Notes: generated by a model from the letters alone, not told the origin. Numbered from the stretch's first letter, positions 29,577 to 40,353 are shown. The stretch: 64,000 nucleotides of DNA from an uncultured Acidobacteriota bacterium (GCA_963779415.1 CAVZYA010000001.1:1984001-2048000), one strand, 5' to 3'. Numbers and translations are program-made.

Positions 29577-31310
29577 ATGTACGTTACGGAAGCTCTCGAA
29601 GAGACCCACCTCGCAAACATCGGCTCCTACGAGGAGCGGCTCCGGAACTTCGACTGGAAGATCGCCGAGCGCGAGATGGGTCTCGCTCCGGGCGATCCCG
29701 CCAATCTCGGATGGAACCTTTCGGACCGGATCTGCCGGCTGGGCCTCGGCCGCAAGCCGGCGCTCCTCTGGGAAGGCTCGGACGGGGCGGAGCGGACCTA
29801 CACCTTCGACGACCTCCGCTCTCTCTCGAACGCCGTCGCCTCGTTCTTCGGGCGCCTCGGGCTCCTCCCGGGCGAGCGCGTCTGTCTCTTCATGGACCGG
29901 GTGCCGGAGCTCTACATCGGGTTCGTCGGCCTCCTGAAGCTCGGGACCGTCGTCCAGCCGCTCTTCTCCGCCTTCGGGGAGGAGTCGCTCCTCACCCGCC
30001 TCGCCGACGCGGGGACCGCCGCGATCGTGACGCAGAGGAAGCACCTCCCGAAGATCCGGAGGATCCGCGAGAAGGTCCGCCACCTTCGCCACGTCGTCGT
30101 CGTCGACGCGGCCGGCCTCGCGCTCCGCGAGGGCGAAACGGCCTTCGACCTCGACGCGGAACCCCATCCTCCGGGGTTTCCGGTCTTTCCGGCCACCCAC
30201 GAGACGCCGTCGCTCCTCCACTACACCTCGGGGACGACCGGCCCGCCGAAGGGGGCGCAGCACGTCCACGGCTCGCTCCTTTCCCAGTACCTGACGACGA
30301 AGTGGGTCCTCGACCTGAAGGAGAAGGACGTCTACTGGTGCAATGCCGACCCGGGGTGGGTGACCGGGACCTCATACGGGATCATCGGCCCCTGGTCGAA
30401 CGGCACGACTCAGGCCGTCCTCGACTCGGGCTTCTCGGCGAGAGGCTGGTACGACTTCATCGCGAGGCGGCGGATCACCGTCTGGTACTCGGCGCCGACG
30501 GCCATCCGCCTCCTGATGCGCGAGGGGACCGCAGCCGCGAAGGCGCACGACCTCTCGTCCCTGCGCCACCTCGCGAGCGTCGGCGAGCCGCTGAACCCGG
30601 AAGCCGTCCACTGGTCCCGCGAGGCGTTCGGCCTTCCCTTCCACGACACCTACTGGCAGACGGAGACCGGCTGCATCGTCATTTCCAACTACCCCGGGAT
30701 GCCGATCAGGGCGGGATCGATGGGAAGGCCGTTTCCCGGCATCACGGCGACGATCCTCGACCCGAAGAGCTGCGTGCCGGTCGCTGAAACGGGGCGCGTC
30801 GGCCTGATCGGCCTCAAGCCCGGGTGGCCTTCGATGATCCGCGGCTACTGGCAGAACCCGGACGGCTACGCCCGGAAGTTCGGGAACGGCTGGTACCTGA
30901 CCGGCGACCGGGCGACGCGCGACGCCGACGGCTACTTCTGGTTCGTGGGCCGCGACGACGACGTCATCAACACGGGGGGACACCTCGTCGGGCCGTTCGA
31001 GGTCGAGTCGGCGCTCCTCGAGCATCCCGCCGTCGCCGAATCGGCCGCCGTCGCCAAGCCGGATCCCGTCAACATGGAGGTCGTCAAGGCTTTCGTCACG
31101 CTCAAGAAGGGCTTTGCGCCGGGCCCGGAGCTGGAGCTCGAGATCATGAACTTCGTCCGGAAACGGCTCTCCCCCATCGCCATGCCGCAGGAGATCGCCT
31201 TCGTCGAGACCCTCCCGCGGACCCGAAGCGGAAAGATCCTGCGCCGGGTTCTCCGCGCGCCGGAATGGGGCGAGCCGGTGGGCGACCTGTCGACCCTGAT
31301 GGAGGACTGA
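29577..31310 (+). CDS. Acetate-CoA ligase-like adenylate-forming enzyme
   Basis: YTSGTTGPPKG, DPGWVTG, SVGEP, DTYWQTETG, TGD, GRDDD, RSGKILRR. Confidence 0.88.
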   Translation: MYVTEALEETHLANIGSYEERLRNFDWKIAEREMGLAPGDPANLGWNLSDRICRLGLGRKPALLWEGSDGAERTYTFDDLRSLSNAVASFFGRLGLLPGERVCLFMDRVPELYIGFVGLLKLGTVVQPLFSAFGEESLLTRLADAGTAAIVTQRKHLPKIRRIREKVRHLRHVVVVDAAGLALREGETAFDLDAEPHPPGFPVFPATHETPSLLHYTSGTTGPPKGAQHVHGSLLSQYLTTKWVLDLKEKDVYWCNADPGWVTGTSYGIIGPWSNGTTQAVLDSGFSARGWYDFIARRRITVWYSAPTAIRLLMREGTAAAKAHDLSSLRHLASVGEPLNPEAVHWSREAFGLPFHDTYWQTETGCIVISNYPGMPIRAGSMGRPFPGITATILDPKSCVPVAETGRVGLIGLKPGWPSMIRGYWQNPDGYARKFGNGWYLTGDRATRDADGYFWFVGRDDDVINTGGHLVGPFEVESALLEHPAVAESAAVAKPDPVNMEVVKAFVTLKKGFAPGPELELEIMNFVRKRLSPIAMPQEIAFVETLPRTRSGKILRRVLRAPEWGEPVGDLSTLMED

Positions 31311-31312
31311 AG

Positions 31313-31576
31313 ATGGACGACCTGAGGAAAACGATCCTCGACTACGTTCGCCGCGAGTACATCGAGGAGGGGGACGACCGGCCGCTCGACTTCAAGACGC
31401 CGCTCATCACGGGAGGGATCGTCGACTCCTTCTCGATGGTCTCCCTCAAGCGCTTCCTCGAGACGAAATACGCCATCCGGATCCCGGACGCCGACGCGAG
31501 CCCCGAGGCATTCGACTCCGTCGAGAAGATCGCGAAGCTCGTCGAACGCTTCGCAGTCATGACGGCGAAGGCCTGA
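31313..31576 (+). CDS. Acyl carrier protein
   Basis: 87 aa, acidic; GGIVDSF phosphopantetheine site. Confidence 0.88.
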   Translation: MDDLRKTILDYVRREYIEEGDDRPLDFKTPLITGGIVDSFSMVSLKRFLETKYAIRIPDADASPEAFDSVEKIAKLVERFAVMTAKA

Positions 31577-31578
31577 CC

Positions 31579-32832
31579 ATGAGCGAAAGCCTCACCCTCT
31601 CCGTCCGCGACGTCCTCCGCGCCGAGCTGGCCCTCCTCCGGGAGTCGGGGCTCTACAAGGAGGAGCGGGTCATCCACGCCCCGCAGGGGGCCGACATCGA
31701 GGTGGAGTTCCCGGCGGGGGCCGCCCCCCGGAAGGTCCTGAACCTCTGCGCGAACAACTACCTCGGCCTCTCGTCCCATCCGCAGGTCCTCGCGGCGGCG
31801 CACGCCGGCCTCGACCGTCGCGGGTACGGGATGTCGTCGGTCCGGTTCATCTGCGGGACGCAGGACATTCACCGCGAGCTGGAGAAGCGCCTCTCGGAGT
31901 TCCTCGGGACCGAGGAGACGATCCTCTTCTCCTCCTGCCTCGACGCCAACGCGGCGATCTTCGAGGCGATCCTCTCCGACAAGGACGTGATGATCGCCGA
32001 CCGGCTCGTCCACGCCTCGATCGTGGACGGGATGCGCCTCGCCAAGGCGATGACGGACACCTACAAGCACAGCGACATGGGGCATCTCGAGGAGAAGCTG
32101 AAGGAGCACGCGGACAAGCGCTTCAGGATGGTCATCACGGACGGCGTCTTCTCGATGGACGGGGACCTCGCGAAGCTGGACGAGATCGTGGCGCTCGCGA
32201 AGAAATACGAGGCGATGGTCTTCGTCGACGACTCGCACGCCTCCGGTTTCATCGGGAAGACGGGGCGCGGCACCCCCGAGCGGTTCGGAGTCCTCGGGAA
32301 GATCGACGTGATCACCACCACGTTCGGCAAGGCGCTCGGCGGGGCGTCCGGCGGCTGCATCTCGGGAACGCGCGAGATCGTCGAGATGTGCCGCCAGCGG
32401 GCGCGCCCCTATCTCTTCTCCAACACGCTCGCGCCGGTCATCGTCTCGGCGACGCTCCGCGTCCTCGACCTCGTCTCCGGCTCCACGGAGCGGCGGGACC
32501 GGCTGGAGGAGAACACGAAATACTGGAGGAGGCTCCTGACCGAGGCGGGGTTCGACATCAAGGCCGGCGAGAGCCCGATCGTCCCCGTCATGCTCTACAA
32601 CGCGAAACTCGCGCAGGAGGTCGCGCGCGACCTCTTCGCCGAGGGGATCTACGTCGTCGGTTTCTTCTTCCCGGTCGTCGCCAAGGGACAGGCACGCATC
32701 CGGACGCAGCTCTCCGCCGCGCACACGAAAGAGCATCTCGACCGCGCCATCGAGGCGTTCCGGAAGGTCGGGAAGAAGCACGACATCCTCGGAAAGACGA
32801 AAAACGAGATCGTGGAGAGATACGGCCTCTAG
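31579..32832 (+). CDS. kbl: Glycine C-acetyltransferase (Kbl)-like alpha-oxoamine synthase
   Basis: CANNYLGL, SVRFICGTQ, HASIVDG, DDSHA, FGKALGG, RPYLFSN, ARIRTQLSAAH. Confidence 0.85.
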   Translation: MSESLTLSVRDVLRAELALLRESGLYKEERVIHAPQGADIEVEFPAGAAPRKVLNLCANNYLGLSSHPQVLAAAHAGLDRRGYGMSSVRFICGTQDIHRELEKRLSEFLGTEETILFSSCLDANAAIFEAILSDKDVMIADRLVHASIVDGMRLAKAMTDTYKHSDMGHLEEKLKEHADKRFRMVITDGVFSMDGDLAKLDEIVALAKKYEAMVFVDDSHASGFIGKTGRGTPERFGVLGKIDVITTTFGKALGGASGGCISGTREIVEMCRQRARPYLFSNTLAPVIVSATLRVLDLVSGSTERRDRLEENTKYWRRLLTEAGFDIKAGESPIVPVMLYNAKLAQEVARDLFAEGIYVVGFFFPVVAKGQARIRTQLSAAHTKEHLDRAIEAFRKVGKKHDILGKTKNEIVERYGL

Positions 32833-32851
32833 GAGACCGCCGGAGGGCGAC

Positions 32852-33157
32852 ATGCTCGTGAAACGAACTCTCGAAGTTCCCCTCCCGGAAAAGCTCGAGC
32901 TTTCCGGCGCCGACCGGGAGCTCCTCGTCGCCACGTTCCAGGCCCTCGTCGCCCTCCGCTGCGAGAAGGACCGGCGCTGGGACCTCACCCAGAAGCAGCT
33001 CGAGGACGACGGCTGGAAGGTCCGGTGGGGCCTGACGTGGCGCGCCGAGGCCAAGCGCGGCGACGACTACGAGGAGGCGACGGGGACGACGCTGGACGAG
33101 GCCCTTGCCGGCGTCGCACAGCTCGTCCGCTTCGACATGGCGGGCCGCGCGCCGTGA
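32852..33157 (+). CDS. Hypothetical protein
   Basis: Host-like codon usage; GGAGG RBS; co-oriented after kbl. Confidence 0.65.
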   Translation: MLVKRTLEVPLPEKLELSGADRELLVATFQALVALRCEKDRRWDLTQKQLEDDGWKVRWGLTWRAEAKRGDDYEEATGTTLDEALAGVAQLVRFDMAGRAP

Positions 33158-33480
33158 GTTGACCGCCCCGCGTCCCGGCGCCTGTCGTCCGCGCGTGGAG
33201 GACATCGCGTCGGCGCGTTCTCGCCGCGCGGATCATCGCCGTGGCCGCCGACGCCGTTCAGCTCGGGTTCATGCCGCTCTTCGCCGGCGGCGCGCCCGGG
33301 GGCTTCGACGCCGTGCTCGACGTCGCCGTCGGCGCCGCGATGGTCGCGCTCCTCGGGTGGCACTGGGCCTTCCTTCCGGCCTTCGCCGTCGAGCTCGGTC
33401 CGGCCGTCGACCTCGCGCCGACGTGGACGATCGCGGTCCTTCATCGTCACGCGGCGTCGGCAGGCCGGCTGCTCCGCTGA
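33154..33480 (+). CDS. Hypothetical small membrane protein (start uncertain)
   Basis: Hydrophobic AADAVQLG...LLGWHWAFLP...DLAPTWTIAV. Confidence 0.5.
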
Positions 33481-33603
33481 CGCCCCGGCCGAACCGCCGG
33501 TCCTGCCACCGGACGAGCGCCGCTGAATCGCGTACTTCCCTTCAGGCGCTCGCTTTCCCTTCGGGACCCGCGTAGGGGAGCTCGGAGTGTTGAACGTCAG
33601 CCT

Positions 33604-34067
33604 CTAGTGATCCGGGTCCTCGTAGTCGTACGCGTTGCTTGGCAGGTTGAGCATCAGGGCCTCGGTGGCTCCGAGGTTCTGGATCCCGTGCCAGACGCCG
33701 GCCGGGACGACGAGCAGCGTCGGACGCGCGTCGCCCACGTGGAATTCGTTCAGCCGCTTGTAGGTCGGGCTCTCCTCCCGCCCGTCGTAGAGGACGACCT
33801 TGACGTGCCCCTGGTTGACGAAGAGCCGGTCGATGTTCTTCGCGTGGCAGCTCCAGGCCCCGATCGCGCCCGGGAAGAGGCGGGACTGATAGAGATGCAC
33901 GACCGGCAGGCCCGTCGGGTCCCACTCCGGGCGGAACACCTCGGTGATGACGCCGTGGTCCCTCGGCACGTGGAGCACCTCGTGGACGTGAAACCCGTGG
34001 ATGAGATCCAGAGCTTCGTCCACTCCTTCGTGACCTGCTGCCCGTCCTTCTGGGCGCCTTTCAACAT
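33604..34067 (-). CDS. RmlC-like cupin (dTDP-sugar epimerase family); frameshift near 34020
   Basis: DHGVITEVFR, GAWSCH, VVLYDGR..SPT, PAGVWHG. Confidence 0.8.
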
Positions 34068-34083
34068 GGATCTTCTCTCCCTT

Positions 34084-35024
34084 CTAGGGCATCTTCCCGG
34101 GCCCCAGTCCCTTGAACTCCCGGATCGCGGCGATCCTCTCTCCTCGCTTCAAGCGAAAATCATGGTGGGAGCGGCCCGGCAGCCGGTCGCGGACGCGCCT
34201 GTAGGCCTGAGCGGCGACCCCCCACAGCAGGTCGAGGAACGGCACGTTCTTCAGAGCCGAGAGATGAACGGCCGTTGCGAGGAGCCTTCCGAGCTCGACG
34301 GCCTCAGTCCGGCCCGTCCCGGATCCGGCGATTCGAGTCGGCCTGCTCGGGACAGGCCGGGTCCGGTAGGCGTCAAGCCGCAGCTCGCGGGAAACTTACG
34401 TCAGCCGGCGGGACGAATTCGGGCCGCATCCCGGCGAGGTGGGCCGACGCAGGTCGGTCTCGTGGCTCGCGGAGCTCCGCATATCGTTTCAGCCTCCGAC
34501 CGTATCCGAATCGTCCGGCGGTGGACCACGGGGCTCGGGGCGATGTTCATGCCCGGGCGAAACTCGAACCGGGTGGGGTACGCCTGAACTCGCCCCTCGG
34601 GATGGACGAGCGCCGTGATGCTGTTCGTGAGATCCGCCCCTCCCGAGAGAGCCCCGACGAGGAGGGCGAGATGGTGCGGAAGCCAGAGGTCGTCGTGGCC
34701 GAGGTAGGCGATCAACTCCCCCCGAGCCTGGCGAAGACCCTCGTTGTTCGGGCCGGTCTGGTGACCGGTGTTCTCGGAAAGGTTGATCCAGCGGACGCGC
34801 GGGTCGTCGATCGCCCGCACGACCGCTTCCGAGTCGTCCGTGCACCCGTCCCCAACGACGAGGACCTCGAGATTCCGGTACGTCTGGCCGAGCGCGCTTC
34901 CGACCGAGAACGGCAGGACGGTGCTCCAGTTGTAGGTAGGAATGATGACGGTCACGAGCGGCGACACCGGGAGGACGGTGCTCGCCTCCGGGACAAAGGT
35001 GACGGGCGGGCCGGGAGGCTGCAT
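34084..35024 (-). CDS. Family 2 glycosyltransferase; frameshifts in the 3' half
   Basis: VTVIIPTYN, VGDGCTD, NEGL..ARGELIAYLGHDDLW. Confidence 0.8.
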
Positions 35025-35154
35025 CTCGGGACCTGCACGAGTGTAACCAGAAGACCCGGCCGCTCCCGTGCCGCCGGGCTGATTTATCAGTCTCGACCGC
35101 TCGGGCGGGCCGAACGGGTATTCTTCCGGCTTCATGCCGAAAGGAGCCCGGTCG

Positions 35155-36829
35155 ATGTCCGTTCGATGCGCCGCTGCCTTCGCGATCGCCCTCGCTCTCC
35201 TCCTTGCCCCCACGATCCCGGCCGCCGCCGCGCCTCCGGAGCCCGTCGACCTCGAGATGGTGACCCGGATCCGGGACGAGGCCTTCAACCGGAGCAAGGC
35301 CTTCGAGACGCTTTCGGCTCTCTGTGACGGAATCGGACCGCGCCTGACCGGCTCGCCTTCCTATCGGAGCGCCGCCGAGTGGGCGAAGGCCGAGCTTGCG
35401 AAGCTGGGCCTCTCGAACGCGAGGATCGAGAGCTTCGCGCCGTTCGGCCGCGGCTGGGTCCTCGAATCCGTCTCCGTCCGGATGCTCACGCCCTCCCTCG
35501 CGATCCTCCCCGCCCTCCCGAAGGCGTGGACCCCCGGCACCGACGGGCTGAAGAAGGGAAAGGCCGTCCGGGCGAAGCTGGAGACGCCGGAAGACCTCGA
35601 CAGGTGGAAGGGGAAGCTGGGGGGAAGATCCTCCTCCTCGGCGAGCCGGACGGAGCGAAGCCCCAGGAGAAGGGGGACTGTCGCCCGGTACGACGAGAAG
35701 GCGCTCGAGGAGATCTGGCGGTACGAGCCGGGTGGACGCTACCGCCGTTCGCCGGCCGACCGGGAGCGGAGGCTGAAGCAGCGCGAGTTCCGGAAGAAGC
35801 TCGAAGCGTTCCTCGTCGCCGAAAAGATCGCCGCGGTCATCGAGCCGTCGCGGGGCGACTACGGGACGATCTGGGTCCAGGGGGGCGGGCCGTGGAAGCC
35901 GGGCGAGCCCGTCCCGCCGCCCTCCCTCGTCATGGGCGCCGAGGCCTACGGGAGGGTGGCGCGCCTCCTCGACCGGAAGGACGACGTGGAGCTGGAGGTC
36001 GACGTGAAGGCCCGCTTCACCGACGAGGACCCGCTCGCCGCCTCGAACGTCTTCGCCGAAATCCAGGGGACCGACAGGACGAAGAAGGACGAGATCGTCA
36101 TGATCGGCGCGCACCTCGACAGCTGGCAGGCCGGCACGGGCGCCACGGACAACGGCGTCGGAGCGGCGACGGCCATCGAGGTGATGCGGATCCTGAAGGC
36201 GCTGAACGTCGGCTCCGAAGCGGACGATCCGGATCGCTCTCTGGGGGGGCGAGGAGCAGGGGCTCCTCGGCTCGCGCGCCTGGGTCTCGAAGGAGCTCGC
36301 GTCGCGGCCGGAGCCGACGGATCCGAAGGAGCGGGAGATGCCGGCGTTCCTGCGCCGGCCGACCGGCCCGCTCACCATCAAGCCCGCCTGGGCGAAGCTC
36401 GCCGGCTACTTCAACGTCGACAACGGCGCCGGAAAGATCCGCGGCATCTTCGCGCAGGACAACGCGGCCGCCGTCCCGATCTTCGAGGCGTGGCTCGCCC
36501 CGTTCAAGGATCTCGGCGCGACGACCGTCACGATGAAGCGGACCGGCGGGACCGACCACCAGTCGTTCGACGCCGTCGGCCTTCCCGGCTTCCAGTTCAT
36601 CCAGGACGGGCTCGACTACGGCACCCGGACCCACCACACGAACATGGACGTCGTCGAGCGCGTCCCGAAGCCGGACCTGATGGAGATCGCCGCCATCTGG
36701 GCGTCCTTCGCCTGGCATGCCGCCCAGCGCGACCAGATGCTCCCGCGCCGCCCCCTCCCGCCCGAGCCTCCCGCCGAAGCGAAGCCGGCGGAACCTTCGG
36801 CGGAGAAGCCAGCAGCAGCGCCGAAGTAG
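35155..36829 (+). CDS. Secreted M28 peptidase (carboxypeptidase Q-like); frameshifts
   Basis: IGPRLTGS, GAHLDSW, GATDNG, (W)GGEEQGL in a shifted frame, TDHQSF, HHTNMD. Confidence 0.88.
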
Positions 36830-36860
36830 CGTCCCCCCGGGTACGCCTCGAAGAACGAGA

Positions 36861-38576
36861 ATGGGTCTCACGACGAAACCCGCGAACCTGATCTACGGCG
36901 TGGACGAGATCCCTCCGGTTTCGGTCCGGCTGCTCCTCGCCTTCCAGCACGTCTCGGTGATGTCGGTCGGCTGGATCTTCGTCGTCGTCCTCGTGACGGC
37001 CATCGGCGGGACGCGGGCGGACGCGGGAGACGTCATCCGGATGTCGATGATCGCCTCGGGTCTCGCGACGATCCTTCAGGCCCGGACGGGAGGCTTCGTC
37101 GGCTCCGGCTACCTCTGTCCGTTCTCCTGCGGCCCGTCGTACCTCGCGGCCTCGATCCTGGCCGGGAAAGCCGGAGGGCTCCCGCTGGTCTTCGGCCTCA
37201 CGACGGTTTCCGGAATCTTCGAGGGGCTCTTCTCGCGCGTCGTGAAGCGGCTTCGCCCGCTTCTCCCGCCCGAAGTGACGGGGCTCATCGTCGCGATGGT
37301 CGGCATCGAGTTGATCGCGCTCGGGTGCACCCGGTTCCTCGGATACTCGAATCCCGCGACGCCGCTCGACTCGCGCGTTCTCGTCGTCGCCGTCCTGACG
37401 CTCGCCGCGATGGTCGTTCCCACCGTCTTCGGCAAGGAAAAGGTCCGCCTCTACCCCGTCGTTCTCGGCCTCCTCGTCGGGTACGGCGCCTCCTTCGCGC
37501 TCGGCATCCTCACGCCGGGCCAGATGCACGGCATCCTCGACGGGCCGGTCGTCAGCCTGCCGCGCCGCGTCCCGGGCGGCATGACCTTCGAACTCGCCCT
37601 TCTCGGTCCCTTCCTGATCGCGAGCCTCAGCTCCGTCCTGAAGACCGTCGGCGACCTGACCCTCTGCCAGAAGGTGAACGACACGGGCTGGAAGCGGACG
37701 GAAATGAACTCCGTGAGCGGGGGCATCCTCGCCGGCTCCGTCGGCTCCACGTTCGCCGGTATCCTCGGCGGCGTCGGACAATCGACGTTCTCCTCCAACA
37801 TCGGCCTCTCGATCGCGACCGGCGCCACGAGCCGGGCCGTCGCGCTCCCGACCGGGCTTCTCCTGATCGCGCTCGCCTTCCTGCCCGAGCTGGCGGCCGT
37901 CTTCGCCGCCATGCCGTCGCCGGTCGTCGGCGCGATGCTCGTCTACGTCGCCTGCTTCATGATTATCGGCGGATTCCAGGTCGTGATGTCACGGATGCTC
38001 GACGCGAGGAAGACCTTCGTCGTCGGGATCGCGTTCATCTTCGGGCTGAGCGTCCGGGTCGTGCCGGACGCCTACCAGCAGATCCCCCATCTTCTCAGGC
38101 CGTTCTTCTCCTCCGCGCTTTCCCTCGCGACGGTTCTCGTCGTCCTCCTGAACCTCCTCTTCCGGATCGGCGTCGGCCGCAAGGCGACGCTCTCCCTCGT
38201 TCCCGGCGCCGAGAGCCACGACCGGATCTCGGAGTTCCTGGAGAGACAGGGAGGGGCCTGGGGAATGCGTCCCGACGTCGCCCACCGGGCGAAGGACGCC
38301 CTTCACGAGCTGGTCGCGAGCATCGGGAGAGGGGCGGTCTCCTCCCCGGCGATCGCGGTCGAGGCGCGCTTCGACGAATTCAACCTCGACCTCGACGTGG
38401 CGTGGAACGGGGAGATGGGAGAGTTCTCCGAGTCCGCTCCCACCGTCGAATCGCTGAAGTTCAAGCCCGAGTCCATCCGGAAGCTCTCCGGATTCCTGGT
38501 CCGCCACTACACCGACCGGGTCACGACGCAGCGGCGCGACGGCCACTGCCGCGTGCTCCTCCACTTCGACCACTGA
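36861..38576 (+). CDS. NCS2/NAT nucleobase permease with an extra C-terminal soluble domain
   Basis: YGVDE.PP, FQH, TILQ, PPEVTG, SNIGLSIATG; about 130-aa hydrophilic C-terminal extension. Confidence 0.85.
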   Translation: MGLTTKPANLIYGVDEIPPVSVRLLLAFQHVSVMSVGWIFVVVLVTAIGGTRADAGDVIRMSMIASGLATILQARTGGFVGSGYLCPFSCGPSYLAASILAGKAGGLPLVFGLTTVSGIFEGLFSRVVKRLRPLLPPEVTGLIVAMVGIELIALGCTRFLGYSNPATPLDSRVLVVAVLTLAAMVVPTVFGKEKVRLYPVVLGLLVGYGASFALGILTPGQMHGILDGPVVSLPRRVPGGMTFELALLGPFLIASLSSVLKTVGDLTLCQKVNDTGWKRTEMNSVSGGILAGSVGSTFAGILGGVGQSTFSSNIGLSIATGATSRAVALPTGLLLIALAFLPELAAVFAAMPSPVVGAMLVYVACFMIIGGFQVVMSRMLDARKTFVVGIAFIFGLSVRVVPDAYQQIPHLLRPFFSSALSLATVLVVLLNLLFRIGVGRKATLSLVPGAESHDRISEFLERQGGAWGMRPDVAHRAKDALHELVASIGRGAVSSPAIAVEARFDEFNLDLDVAWNGEMGEFSESAPTVESLKFKPESIRKLSGFLVRHYTDRVTTQRRDGHCRVLLHFDH

Positions 38577-38600
38577 GGGCTCCCGCCGGGCTCGGCGGAC

Positions 38601-39638
38601 CTACTTCGGCGCGACGACGACGATCTCGAAGCTCCCCGGGACGATGCTGGGTCGCGGGCGGGGCTGCTGGGGCGTCGGCGACGGAGGCGGGCCGAACTTC
38701 GCCGTCGGGAGGTAGAGCCGGTGCGTCGCGGCGTCCAGCGCCACGGTACGCGCGCCGCGCTCGGTCGGAACGCTCTGGATCGCGGAGAAGACGCCGGGCG
38801 CCGTCTCGCGGATGACGGTCAGCGTCCCCTCGCCGTTCGAGACGAATGCGAGCCCTCTTTCCGGGTCGAACGCGACGGCGTCCGTCCCTCCGCCCGTCGG
38901 AACGGTCGCGAGGAGCTTGCCGTCGGCCGTGCTGACGACGGCCGCGACCTTGTTCCCGCAGCCGGAGTAGAGGCGCCCTCCCTTCGCGTCGATCGCGAGC
39001 CCCGACGGGTCCTTGCATCCCGGGAGCGCCCAGCGCGCCGTGACGGCAAGGGTTTTCGCGTCGATCACCGCGATCTCCGATTTGTCTTCGATGTTCACGA
39101 AGACCCGTCCGGAGGGATCGGACGCCGCGAACTCGGGCTTGCCGCCGACCGGGATCGTCCCGGCCACCGCTCCCGACGCGGCGTCGAAGGCCGTGACGTT
39201 CGCGCCCCGGCCGTTGAAGGTGAAGAGGCGCTTCGTGACCGGCTCGTAGAGGATGGCGTCCGGGTTCTCGCCCGTCGTCTTCAGCTCCGAGAGGACCTTC
39301 AGCGACGCGAGGTCGAAGACCGTCACCGTCCCGGCCCGCCCGTTGCTCGTGAAGCCCTTCCCGAGGTCGTGGGCGAGGGCGACGCCGTGGACCCCCGGCG
39401 TGTCCGGAATCTCCCCGACGGCCTTCCCCGTCGCGGAGTCGAGGACGGCGACCCGGCTCGACCGCGTCACGTAGAGCCGCTTCGTCGTCGCGTCCGCCAC
39501 GACGTAGTCCCACCCCCCTTCGCCTCCGACGGCGAAGTGCGCGGAGACCGCGTACTCCGGGACGGCCATTTTCGGAACATCGGCGACCGGCAGGATTCCG
39601 GCGGCGAAGACGAGGGCTGTCATCGATTCTGTGAACAT
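38601..39638 (-). CDS. Secreted YncE/YVTN beta-propeller protein
   Basis: GEGGWDY, VHGVAL, NPDAI, GKPEF, GARTVALD repeats. Confidence 0.85.
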   Translation of the reverse strand: MFTESMTALVFAAGILPVADVPKMAVPEYAVSAHFAVGGEGGWDYVVADATTKRLYVTRSSRVAVLDSATGKAVGEIPDTPGVHGVALAHDLGKGFTSNGRAGTVTVFDLASLKVLSELKTTGENPDAILYEPVTKRLFTFNGRGANVTAFDAASGAVAGTIPVGGKPEFAASDPSGRVFVNIEDKSEIAVIDAKTLAVTARWALPGCKDPSGLAIDAKGGRLYSGCGNKVAAVVSTADGKLLATVPTGGGTDAVAFDPERGLAFVSNGEGTLTVIRETAPGVFSAIQSVPTERGARTVALDAATHRLYLPTAKFGPPPSPTPQQPRPRPSIVPGSFEIVVVAPK

Positions 39639-39768
39639 CTTCGGAAGATCCTCCCCGAACGCGGAGCCTAGGCGCCTTCGCGATCCGAATCCAGCGCCGC
39701 GAAGGAACTCCGTCGACCCCGCGGCGCCCGGCCTGCCTGAACCCGGATTTCTCCGTAGAATCCGGCAT

Positions 39769-40197
39769 ATGCCCTACAGACTGATCTACTCGTCCGAGGC
39801 CACCGGGGAGATGGCGCGAACCGACCTCGAGCAGATGCTCCGGGAGTCGCGCCTCCGGAACACGCGGCGCGACATCACCGGCGTCCTCGTCTTCGCCGAC
39901 GGCGTCTTCCTTCAGGTACTCGAAGGAGAGCGGGAGGACATCGAGGATCTGATGGAGAACATCCAGCGCGACCCGAGGCACCGCGACCTCAAGGTGATCC
40001 ACGAAGAGGAGATCGATCGCCGATCCTTCCCCGCGTGGCGCATGGCGTACCTGACTCCCCGGGCCGAGGACGTCTCTTCATGGGCCGGCCTCGAGGGCGC
40101 CGCTTCCGTCGAAAGCGTCCTCGCCACCCTTCGGAGCGACCCGGAACGCGTGCCGCGCGTCCTGACCGGCCTCGTCGAGTCGCTTACCGCGCGATGA
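39769..40197 (+). CDS. Stand-alone BLUF flavin photoreceptor
   Basis: LIYSS (Tyr), SRLRN, ITGVL, FLQVLEG (Gln), DPRH, F..WRM. Confidence 0.9.
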   Translation: MPYRLIYSSEATGEMARTDLEQMLRESRLRNTRRDITGVLVFADGVFLQVLEGEREDIEDLMENIQRDPRHRDLKVIHEEEIDRRSFPAWRMAYLTPRAEDVSSWAGLEGAASVESVLATLRSDPERVPRVLTGLVESLTAR

Positions 40198-40353
40198 GGA
40201 GCTGCTCCCCGAAAAGGATCTGGAAGAGGACCGGATGCACGAGCACCCCCCGGAGAGCGCGCCCTCGGCAGGGACCCAGCGGATCACTCTCCCTTACCCC
40301 CGGAACAGGCGGGCACGGCGGTCGGACCCTTGCGCCTTTTCCAGCGCGGAGCT

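Noticed and set aside
29199-32832. Sphingolipid (serine palmitoyltransferase) or biotin (BioF) cluster
   Set aside because: The PLP enzyme has Kbl-type motifs, the ligase pocket looks acetate-sized, and no ceramide synthase, reductase or bio genes are adjacent.
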